Sequence record: CAXNAD020000001.1
DNA length: 32,000 bases
Strand: one strand, 5' to 3'
The stretch's first letter is position 1. Each line of letters begins with the position of its first letter. Shown in pieces: positions 1 through 8,032 of the stretch. Both the position numbers and the translations under genes were made by a program. Below the pieces are notes generated by a model. It ran no database searches. It saw only the letters and a program-made list of their open reading frames with translations, and had not been told where the DNA came from.

Positions 1-2473
1 TAGAAAATGTTTGAATATCTAAAACACGTCCAGATATACCTTTTGGTAGTCTTAAAGAAGTATCATCAAAATCAGGCCCAGTAAGATTAAAAACTGCTTT
101 TAATAATCGACTTTCAGGTGATTCACTTGCTTTAGATTTAGGCGTGCGTTTGCCTATTAATACATCACCACCTTTAACGGGCGCTCCAACATAAGTATAA
201 CCATTTTTATCTAAATGTCTTATAGTATGAGGATCTAAAGGTGGAAGAAGATCAGTTAATTCATCATCGCCTTCACTTGTTTTATTTACGGTAAGTTGAA
301 ATCTTTCTATATGAATAGAAGTAAAAAGATCTTGATGAATTAATCTTTCACTAATTAAAATAGCATCTTCATAATTATAACCTTCCCAAGGCATATATGC
401 AACATTTAAATTTTGACCTAAAGCCAATTCCCCACCATCAGTACCTGGACCATCTGCAATTATTTGTCCAGTTTTTACTATTTGACCTGGCCAAACTATA
501 GGTTTTTGATTATTTCCAATTTCTTGATTTGAACGACGATATTTTTCAAGATAATAAATTTTTAAATGTTTATTTAATGAATTTTTGTTTTTTAGATTTA
601 AATTAATATAAATTCTATTAACAAAAACTGATTCTACTATTCCATAAGATAAATTTATTACACCAATTCTTGAATCGTTTGCAATTTGAAATTCTAATCC
701 TGTCCCAATAATTGGTTTTTGTGGGTATAGTAAAGGAACTGCTTGTCGTTGCATATTTGAACCCATTAATGCACGATTTGCATCATCATGTTCTAAAAAT
801 GGAATTAAAGCAGCACCAGCTGAAATAATTTGTATAGGAGAAATTGCAATATAATCTACTTGATAACGATTTACTAAAATAAATTCTTGATGAAAACGAA
901 CTGGAATTAAAGCAGTACTTAAATATTTATTATTAATTAATTTGATATCTGCAGATGCAACTTTTGATTGATTTTCTTTTTCAGCAGTTAAATATATAGG
1001 TTTTATAGATTTTAAAACTTCTCCTTTATAAACTCTATAAAAAGGTGTTACAATAAAGCCATATTTATTAAGTTTTGCGTGAATAGCTAAAGATGAAACT
1101 AAACCTGCTTTTTGTCCTTCTGGTGTTTCAATTGGACATAAACGTCCGTATTGTGTTGGATGTATATCACGCGCAGAAAAACTAACATGTTCACTATTTA
1201 ATGCACCTGGTCCTAATGAACTAATTCTACGTTTATGAGTTAATTGAGATAAAGCATTAGTTTCATCAAAATATTGGGATAATGGACTTAAACCAAAAAA
1301 TTCTCTCATTACTCCCGTTAAAATTTTAGCATTAATAAAATAACTAGCTTTTATATCTTTTTCATCTTTTTCTATTAAATTTAAAGTATTATTTTTAGAA
1401 TCAATTAATTTTTTTTTCGAATTTTTTCTAGTTTTTTTTATACGTACATTTTCAAAATTAGTAATATATTTTTTTAATCGACCTAATCCTATACGTAATT
1501 GAACTTGTAATAATTCTCCAACAGATCGAACACGACGATTTTCTAAATTATCAATATCATCTGGTTGTTTTTTATATAAACAAACTTCGATTAAATAATC
1601 AATTGTTTTAAGAATATCAATATGCGTTAACGTTTTTCTAGATAATGGAATATTAATATCTAATTTTTTATTTATTTTTATTCTTCCAATTTCACCTAAA
1701 TCATAAGAACTGTTATTTCGTAGTCGATTATTTATTAATTCTTTTATTCGAAAAACATTTAAACTAATAGCAATTCTTGTTTTTTTTGGATCTTGGTTTT
1801 GTTCATTAATTCTTTTATAAATTGCATAATTTAATGAATCAATACTATATTCTAAAAATACAGAATATTTTATAGTATTTAAAATTTCATTTTGTTTTAA
1901 TTCACAAGCTAATAAAAACCAATTAATTGGAATTTTATATTTTTTATCAAATTTAACCCAAATTAAATTATATTCAATTTCAAATGTTAACCATGAACCA
2001 TAATTTGTTATTATTGTTGCATCATAAGTAATTTTTTTTTCTTTTATAATTCTTTTGAAATAAACCCCAGGACTTCTAACTAATTGATTCATAACAACCC
2101 GTTCACAACCATTATAAATAAAAGTTCCTTTATGGGTAATTAATGGAATTTCACATAATAAAACTTTTTGTTTTTTTTTATATAAATTCAATAATATTGG
2201 GCCATTTTCTTCAATTATATGTTGTCTTATTCCCACGATAATATATAATTTAATTAAATTACTATTTTTTATTTCTTTTATTTGTTTTTTCTCTTTTTTT
2301 ATATCAAATTTAAATTTATGTCCGTATATTCGAATTTCGATATTATTGTTAGAATTTATTAATAGAGAATAGTTTTTTATTTCTTGCATTACACCAATAC
2401 TCAAAAACCAGCAAAAACTTTTTTGCTGAATCTTTGATAAATGTGGAATATTTATAGGAAATTTATTTTTCAT
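1..2473 (-). CDS. rpoB: RNA polymerase beta subunit, N-terminal ~824 codons; the 3' part runs off the left edge
   Basis: Not in the ORF track because it is open at the window edge. Reverse translation from the ATG at 2473-2471 gives MKNKFPINIPHLSKIQQKSFCWFLSIGVMQEI, an RpoB N-terminal motif. The same frame near position 58-2 reads SLRLPKGISGRVLDIQTFS. It is adjacent to rps20, as in red-lineage rpoB clusters. I did not verify every codon in between. Confidence 0.85.
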   Translation of the reverse strand, partial: MKNKFPINIPHLSKIQQKSFCWFLSIGVMQEIKNYSLLINSNNNIEIRIYGHKFKFDIKKEKKQIKEIKNSNLIKLYIIVGIRQHIIEENGPILLNLYKKKQKVLLCEIPLITHKGTFIYNGCERVVMNQLVRSPGVYFKRIIKEKKITYDATIITNYGSWLTFEIEYNLIWVKFDKKYKIPINWFLLACELKQNEILNTIKYSVFLEYSIDSLNYAIYKRINEQNQDPKKTRIAISLNVFRIKELINNRLRNNSSYDLGEIGRIKINKKLDINIPLSRKTLTHIDILKTIDYLIEVCLYKKQPDDIDNLENRRVRSVGELLQVQLRIGLGRLKKYITNFENVRIKKTRKNSKKKLIDSKNNTLNLIEKDEKDIKASYFINAKILTGVMREFFGLSPLSQYFDETNALSQLTHKRRISSLGPGALNSEHVSFSARDIHPTQYGRLCPIETPEGQKAGLVSSLAIHAKLNKYGFIVTPFYRVYKGEVLKSIKPIYLTAEKENQSKVASADIKLINNKYLSTALIPVRFHQEFILVNRYQVDYIAISPIQIISAGAALIPFLEHDDANRALMGSNMQRQAVPLLYPQKPIIGTGLEFQIANDSRIGVINLSYGIVESVFVNRIYINLNLKNKNSLNKHLKIYYLEKYRRSNQEIGNNQKPIVWPGQIVKTGQIIADGPGTDGGELALGQNLNVAYMPWEGYNYEDAILISERLIHQDLFTSIHIERFQLTVNKTSEGDDELTDLLPPLDPHTIRHLDKNGYTYVGAPVKGGDVLIGKRTPKSKASESPESRLLKAVFNLTGPDFDDTSLRLPKGISGRVLDIQTFS

Positions 2474-2546
2474 AATATTTTATAATAAAAATTTTTATAG
2501 TAATTATTAATAATAACAATTTATAAGAAATATAAATAGTAAAAAT

Positions 2547-2864
2547 TTATTTTTTATTAAAAGAAATAAAAATTAATTGTAAAATTTTAAAATTAAATAA
2601 TTTTGATAATCTAGATTTTTTTCGAGCAACATTATTTATATGTAAAATATTTTTTTTTTTCGCTTTATCTAATTTACTAAAAACTAAAGTTAATGAATTT
2701 GTAAGTGAAATAAAATTTTCATTATTTGGATTATTAATATATTGTTGTAATGTTACAAAATATTTTTTAATATAAGTTTTAATAATTGATTTATAAGAAT
2801 TATTTTGAATACGATTTCTTTTATTTATTTTAATTCGTTTTTTGGCTGATTTAATATTTACCAT
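2547..2864 (-). CDS. rps20: ribosomal protein S20
   Basis: ORF-track protein starts MVNIKSAKKRIKINKRNRIQNNSYKS, the characteristic S20 N-terminus. It is basic and 105 aa long. Confidence 0.9.
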   Translation of the reverse strand: MVNIKSAKKRIKINKRNRIQNNSYKSIIKTYIKKYFVTLQQYINNPNNENFISLTNSLTLVFSKLDKAKKKNILHINNVARKKSRLSKLFNFKILQLIFISFNKK

Positions 2865-2999
2865 ATTTTATATTGTTTTTTATTTTAAATAATTATTAAA
2901 TAATAGATAGTTAATGATATGTGAACATATCTTCATTATACCATATTTATGCTAAAATAGCAAGTTATAAAATATAATATTATAATCTGTAAATAATTT

Positions 3000-3088
3000 A
3001 GGAGAAAGTGGGATTCGAACCCACGGAACGCTTAAACGTTCATCTGATTTCAAATCAGACGCAATAAACCAAACTCTGCCAAATCTCC
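3000..3088 (-). tRNA. trnS(UGA): tRNA-Ser (anticodon UGA), class II with long variable arm
   Basis: The reverse complement folds as a cloverleaf: GGAGATT / D arm / TCTGA-TTTGAAA-TCAGA (anticodon TGA) / extra arm GAACG..CGTTC / GTGGG-TTCGAAT-CCCAC / TTTCTCC. There are two U-U mismatches at the base of the acceptor stem. Confidence 0.85.
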
Positions 3089-3133
3089 AAATAAATAAAA
3101 AATTTTTATTTATTTATTTATATTTTATAATAA

Positions 3134-3553
3134 TTATGCTTCATATGATGATTTACCTGTAAATTTTAATAAAGAAGGGTTTGGGTTTTTTCCAATTGAA
3201 AAATTACGACTACCGACTGAAATTCTTCCTTTATTTACTTTTTCTGGAAAAACACCATCTTTAGGATGTAAAAATTGAATTTCACCCCCAGGAAAAATCC
3301 TATAAATTCGATATTCTTTAATTTTTAAAGATCTTAATTGAGTTCCTAAAGCAAGACATTGTTCTTTTCTTGCAAAATATAAAAGATTTTCACCTATTAA
3401 CATTATTGCTGCACCAGCTGTAGGCATTTCAAAAATGCGTTCTTCTTTTGCTTCCCATGTAATTGCATATTTCTCTTCTGTTTCTGCTGCTCTTAACCAA
3501 CCACCTGTACTACCTCCAAAAAATGGAGTATAATTTTTATTATATAGAGTCAT
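3134..3553 (-). CDS. psaD: photosystem I subunit II (PsaD)
   Basis: Contains [47 protein letters not shown] and [12 protein letters not shown], which are canonical PsaD blocks. Confidence 0.95.
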   Translation of the reverse strand: MTLYNKNYTPFFGGSTGGWLRAAETEEKYAITWEAKEERIFEMPTAGAAIMLIGENLLYFARKEQCLALGTQLRSLKIKEYRIYRIFPGGEIQFLHPKDGVFPEKVNKGRISVGSRNFSIGKNPNPSLLKFTGKSSYEA

Positions 3554-3599
3554 GTTTTCAAAATTGATAAATGAAAAATTTAATAAATTTATTTAATTA

Positions 3600-3673
3600 T
3601 AGCGGAGACTGGATTTGAACCTGTGACTTCCGGGTTATGAGCCCAACGAGCTACCAAACTGCTCTACTCCGCA
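3600..3673 (-). tRNA. trnfM(CAU): initiator tRNA-fMet (CAU)
   Basis: The reverse complement reads TGCGGAG-TA-GAGCAGTTTGGTAGCTC...GGGCTCATAACCC. It has three G-C pairs closing the anticodon loop, a U1-U72 mismatch and A73, all initiator hallmarks. Confidence 0.85.
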
Positions 3674-3729
3674 TATATTAAGTTTACTAACTTAAATATT
3701 TAATTTGTTATAATTTAATTTGTATTGAC

Positions 3730-3803
3730 TCGGGACGGCAGGATTTGAACCTGCGACACCCTGCTCCCAAAGCAGATGCGCTACCAAACTGCGCTACGTC
3801 CCG
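3730..3803 (-). tRNA. trnP(UGG): tRNA-Pro (UGG)
   Basis: The reverse complement is CGGGACGTAGCGCAGTTTGGTAGCGCATCTGCTTTGGGAGCAGGGTGTCGCAGGTTCAAATCCTGCCGTCCCGA. The anticodon loop is CTTTGGGA with TGG. Confidence 0.9.
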
Positions 3804-3808
3804 GCAAA

Positions 3809-3850
3809 AATGCTTTTATCTATTATATTAATATAATAGATAAAAGCATT
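3809..3850. repeat. 42-bp perfect palindrome (21-bp arms, no spacer) between chlB and trnP
   Basis: AATGCTTTTATCTATTATATT|AATATAATAGATAAAAGCATT, checked base by base. It shares 3844-3850 with the neighbouring hairpin. Confidence 0.9.
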
Positions 3851-3897
3851 AACTTAATATTATTTTTATCTTTAAAAATAATATTAAGTTAATGCTT
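3844..3897 (-). terminator. 3'-end stem-loop of chlB (24-bp stem, 6-nt loop) overlapping the last codons and stop codon
   Basis: 3844-3867 pairs perfectly with 3874-3897. The chlB stop codon lies at 3884-3886, inside the right arm. A role in 3' processing or stability is inferred from position only. Confidence 0.45.
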
Positions 3898-5407
3898 CTT
3901 TAGCAGCATAAATAACTTCAATTGTAATTATTTTAATTTTTTTTTGTTGTGCAAATTTTTCTGTATTTCGTTTAATTTTTCCACGAACAAAACCTGGTAT
4001 TTTTGCCAATTCAGTTTGTGCTTGTAAATCCCATTCTATTTCTATATTAGTGGACAAACTGGTACTAAGAACTTCTTTTGTATCATGACCTCCGAAAATT
4101 TCTAATAAATGATCTTCCATACCTAATGTAAATGAATTATATATTAAATCAGCAATTTGATTAGCTCCTTCATAACCAAGAAATGGTCTATAACTCAAAG
4201 GAAAATTTTGAATATGAACTGGTGCTGAAATAACACCACAAGGAATATTTAATCTTTTTCCAACATGTCTTTCCATTTGAGTCCCAAAAATAACAGCTGG
4301 TTCTACTTTAGCAATAAGATCTCCAATTAAATTATGATCATCAGTAATTACAATTTCATCACAAAGATCACCAACTTCTTTTTCAAACCAAGATTTATCA
4401 TATTTGCAATATGTACCAGCCCAAACAACTTGAATTCCCATTTCCTTAATTAAAATTTTAGTCATGGCTGCAGCATGTGTTGAATCTCCGAAAACAACTG
4501 CTTTTTTTCCTGTTAAATTTTGACAATCTATTGATCTAGAAAACCAAGCAGATTGTGAAACAAAACGCGTTTGAATATCAATATATTTTTCAAAATTAAC
4601 ATTTAAATTTTGTTTATTTAAAATAGATTGAATTTTTCTTATACAATGTGCTGTTTCAACAACTCCCATAGGTGTTATATCTACAAATGGTATATCAAAT
4701 TCATTTTTTAAATACTCTGCAGTTAATAAACCAATTTCTCTATATGGAACTAGATTAAACCATGCTTGTGATAAATTTTTTAGTTCTTGTACCGAAGCCC
4801 CTTCAGGAATAATAGTATTAATTTTAATATTTAAATCTGATAATAATCTTTTTAATTCTGCCATGTCATGTTGATTATGAAAAGCTAAATTAAAAGAACC
4901 AATAATATTAACAGACGGGAATTCCGTTTTTGTGACATCTAATTGTTTATGTTTTTTAGCTTTTTTAATATAAAATTGTACAATTTGTTCTAAAGTTCGA
5001 TCAGCAGCTTGCATTTCATTTACTCGATAATGATTAACATCAGCTAATAAAACATCAGCTTTTGTTTCAAATGAAGCTCGGTTTACAAAATTTTGTAAAT
5101 CTTCTTGTAATATACTTGAAGTACAAGTTGGTGTTAAAATAACTAAATCAGGTTGTTCTTCTTTATCTTTTCTATTTATGTTATTTACTACTTTTTCTTG
5201 AGATCCTCGAGCTAAAACATGTCGATCTACAACACTTGCGGTAACAGGAGTAAAATCTCGTTTTCTTTCTAGCATTGATCTCATTACATTAAAGTAATCA
5301 TCTCCTAAAGGTGCATGCATTATTGCATGAACATTTTTGAACGAACTTGCAATTCTAAGAGTACCAATATGGGCTGGTCCAGCGTACATCCAATAAGCTA
5401 ATTTCAT
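3884..5407 (-). CDS. chlB: light-independent protochlorophyllide reductase subunit B (DPOR ChlB)
   Basis: The N-terminus [48 protein letters not shown] is the conserved ChlB start. The full length is 507 aa. Confidence 0.95.
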   Translation of the reverse strand: MKLAYWMYAGPAHIGTLRIASSFKNVHAIMHAPLGDDYFNVMRSMLERKRDFTPVTASVVDRHVLARGSQEKVVNNINRKDKEEQPDLVILTPTCTSSILQEDLQNFVNRASFETKADVLLADVNHYRVNEMQAADRTLEQIVQFYIKKAKKHKQLDVTKTEFPSVNIIGSFNLAFHNQHDMAELKRLLSDLNIKINTIIPEGASVQELKNLSQAWFNLVPYREIGLLTAEYLKNEFDIPFVDITPMGVVETAHCIRKIQSILNKQNLNVNFEKYIDIQTRFVSQSAWFSRSIDCQNLTGKKAVVFGDSTHAAAMTKILIKEMGIQVVWAGTYCKYDKSWFEKEVGDLCDEIVITDDHNLIGDLIAKVEPAVIFGTQMERHVGKRLNIPCGVISAPVHIQNFPLSYRPFLGYEGANQIADLIYNSFTLGMEDHLLEIFGGHDTKEVLSTSLSTNIEIEWDLQAQTELAKIPGFVRGKIKRNTEKFAQQKKIKIITIEVIYAAKEALT

Positions 5408-5552
5408 AAAGTTTTATACTCCATTAATAAATTTTAATAAGATGAAATATCTCTTTTATATATTATAATACATTTTAAATTAAATATAATACTAATAAAT
5501 ATTATTATTTAATAATGTAAATCGATTATTATATATAATCTATTTACATTAA

Positions 5553-5633
5553 GGGTCGATGCCCGAGTGGTTAAAGGGGGCGGATTGTAAATCCGTTGGT
5601 TAACCTACGTTGGTTCAAATCCAACTCGACCTA
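5553..5633 (+). tRNA. trnY(GUA): tRNA-Tyr (GUA), class II
   Basis: GGGTCGATGCCCGAGTGGTTAAAGGGGGCGGATTGTAAATCCGT + extra arm + GTTGGTTCAAATCCAAC-TCGACCT-A. The anticodon is GTA. Positions 1 and 72 form a G-U pair. Confidence 0.9.
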
Positions 5634-5637
5634 ACTA

Positions 5638-5682
5638 AATAATAATAATAATAATAAGAATATTATTATTATTATTATTATT
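5638..5682. terminator. trinucleotide-repeat hairpin, (AAT)6AA / loop GAATA / (TTA)n, between convergent trnY and the Tic20-like ORF
   Basis: 5638-5657 pairs with 5663-5682 to give a 20-bp stem of A-T pairs only. The (TTA) run continues to about 5688. It lies between the two gene 3' ends at 5633 and 5691. Confidence 0.4.
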
Positions 5683-5690
5683 ATTATTTA

Positions 5691-6380
5691 TTATTTATTA
5701 TTTTTCTTACGATTATGACGGTCCCACCAAATAAAGTCGGGACCATCTCTACCTAAATGTACTTCGATCGCTTCACGTATAAAAGCATTACTTGGATATC
5801 TACCTGTTAAAACACGGAAAAAATATGGTATAAAAATAATCATATAAAGTAAAAACATATTAAGAGCAGGTTCTGACATTCGACTAATAATATTTTGTTC
5901 AAGATATAAGGCAGAATAAATCTCATGAAAAATATTTTGAAATGTTAATAACAAAATACTAAACATTAAATTAAACCTAATAAGACGATCTTTTGGTACT
6001 CGAGATCTAATACAAACACCATAGCCTATTACAATATATATAACAGTCATATATGGTAGTTCTTGAAAAATATCTAATAAATGATTCATAATATCAGGTA
6101 AAAATAATCTTGCGAAATAAGGATATTTGAATTCAATGGCAGGCACCAGATCAGATGTTAACTGTAGCCAATTAATAAAAAAGAAAAATAACGACGTTAC
6201 ACGTTGAAATACTATTGAATTTATTTTATCAAATACTTTTTTTGGTCGTTTAATTTTAAATAGTTTTTCTAAAACTGAAACTAAAATAAAACATATTACT
6301 ATAATACTAATATTTTTCCAAGATAGAAGGTTAAATAAATCTTCCATTAAATAATAGAGTTCAATTAAAGCGTTTCTCAA
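5691..6380 (-). CDS. polytopic membrane protein, probably Tic20/Ycf60 family
   Basis: The 229-aa ORF has about four hydrophobic segments. The segment RLIRFNLMFSILLL resembles the Tic20 motif (F)VRFN.MQA as I recall it, and the C-terminal G..P......EA pattern is similar. The assignment rests on motif memory, not on a search. Confidence 0.5.
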   Translation of the reverse strand: MRNALIELYYLMEDLFNLLSWKNISIIVICFILVSVLEKLFKIKRPKKVFDKINSIVFQRVTSLFFFFINWLQLTSDLVPAIEFKYPYFARLFLPDIMNHLLDIFQELPYMTVIYIVIGYGVCIRSRVPKDRLIRFNLMFSILLLTFQNIFHEIYSALYLEQNIISRMSEPALNMFLLYMIIFIPYFFRVLTGRYPSNAFIREAIEVHLGRDGPDFIWWDRHNRKKNNK

Positions 6381-6459
6381 TTTTTATCACCCCCTTTATT
6401 TTAAAAAAGAAACAAAAATATTATATATTACAATATAATAATTTGTCAAGATTTAATTT

Positions 6460-7755
6460 TTATTTATTCGTAAATGATTGTTTTAATTTTAAAATTTCAA
6501 TATTAAATTTAATTTTTGCTCGATTTGTTTGACCACCACATAAAATGTGTTTAGGTGATTTTAATACCCAAATTTCAGAAAAAGAAATATAACTAATTAA
6601 ACTACTAATAATTAAACAAAAAAAACCAAAATAAATAAATTTAATTCCAGGATCTAATTTAATTTGTATGCCAGTAGAAGAAATATAATCAATAAAACTT
6701 AATATTAAAGAATTATTAACAAAAAATTTTTCTCCTAAATTAATTGTTTTTAAAAATTGACCTTTCTTATTATAAAGAATTAATTGTCCCCGATTATTTT
6801 TAACAACTGTAATAATACCTTTTTCATTTTTTAAATTAATTGGTACCCAACTGATCCAATTTTTTGGAGTAGAATTATTAATCTTTGATAAAGGAAGTTG
6901 AAAAGTACTAAATGAATTATTTGAATTATTTAAAATTAAACGAACACCTAATATTCCCCAATCAGTTTGATAAATTAAAATATCATTTAATAATAAAGGA
7001 TTATTTACAGAAATCGTTTTTCGTTTTATTTCATAAGCATCACCATTTAAAATTGAAATATCAGAATAAAATTGCTTAATTAAACCTGTTTTTGTATAAG
7101 TTGACCAAAAATCATTTATTCGAAAAGTTTTTTGTGGAATATAAGAAAAAATTCCATTTTTTATAATATTTTGAGTATGAAATAATTCTGTTTTTGGAAT
7201 TAATTCTTGTGAATTAAACCCATTTAAAGCACTAAATGTACTTCCAAGTAATATACAAATGATACTTAAATGAACAATAATTGGACCAATTCGACTAATT
7301 AATCCTTTATATGCATAAATAACATTATATTGTTGAAATAATGAATATTCTTTTAATAAAAGATTATGATATAAATGATTTTCAAAGATTTTATTATTAT
7401 TTATAATTTTAAATTTCAATTTATTAAATTGATTGGGTTGTTTATAAAAATAATATCGACGAGAAAATTTTAAAGTTGGCAATTGTTGAAAAAATGTACA
7501 ACAAATTAAACATAACCCAAATAAAAACAGTAAACTTATAAACCACCAAGTATTATAGAGATTATTTAAACCAAAAAAATTAATTATTTTCCATAATTCT
7601 ATATTAAAAAAAAAATTCGAATAATTATTTTGATAAAATTCGATATTTTTATTTTGTTCAATAATTGAACCAATACTACTTATTACTGCAATTAACAATA
7701 AAATAAGTATTGCTAATTTTAAATTAGCTAAATATTTAAAAAATTGTTTAATCAT
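6460..7755 (-). CDS. ccs1: cytochrome c biogenesis protein Ccs1 (ResB-like, Ycf44)
   Basis: The N-terminus LANLKLAILILLLIAVISSIGSIIEQNKNIEFYQNNY matches the Ccs1/ResB start. It has a large soluble middle region and a C-terminal TM followed by WVL. Length is 431 aa. Confidence 0.85.
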   Translation of the reverse strand: MIKQFFKYLANLKLAILILLLIAVISSIGSIIEQNKNIEFYQNNYSNFFFNIELWKIINFFGLNNLYNTWWFISLLFLFGLCLICCTFFQQLPTLKFSRRYYFYKQPNQFNKLKFKIINNNKIFENHLYHNLLLKEYSLFQQYNVIYAYKGLISRIGPIIVHLSIICILLGSTFSALNGFNSQELIPKTELFHTQNIIKNGIFSYIPQKTFRINDFWSTYTKTGLIKQFYSDISILNGDAYEIKRKTISVNNPLLLNDILIYQTDWGILGVRLILNNSNNSFSTFQLPLSKINNSTPKNWISWVPINLKNEKGIITVVKNNRGQLILYNKKGQFLKTINLGEKFFVNNSLILSFIDYISSTGIQIKLDPGIKFIYFGFFCLIISSLISYISFSEIWVLKSPKHILCGGQTNRAKIKFNIEILKLKQSFTNK

Positions 7756-7800
7756 AAAATTTTGTCATATATATATAATATAAATCTAAAATAAATTAAT

Positions 7801-7938
7801 TTATAAACTTAATTGTTTTCTTTTTTTTTTTCGTCTTTTATTAATAATTTTTTGACCTGATTTACTTTTCATTCTAATTCGAAACCCAGATACACCAATA
7901 GCTTTTTTATTTGTTCCTTCTAGAGTTCGTTTTGTCAT
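7801..7938 (-). CDS. rpl34: ribosomal protein L34
   Basis: Not in the ORF track (45 aa). Manual translation gives MTKRTLEGTNKKAIGVSGFRIRMKSKSGQKIINKRRKKKRKQLSL, the canonical L34 pattern MTKRT..GT....SGFR.RM. The stop is TAA at 7803-7801. Confidence 0.85.
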   Translation of the reverse strand: MTKRTLEGTNKKAIGVSGFRIRMKSKSGQKIINKRRKKKRKQLSL

Positions 7939-8032
7939 ATAAATCCTTTTTTAATTTTTAATAATTACGTTTAAATGTAACTTAATTAATACTATAACAT
8001 AAAATATTATTTCTATTAATAAAAAATTTTAG

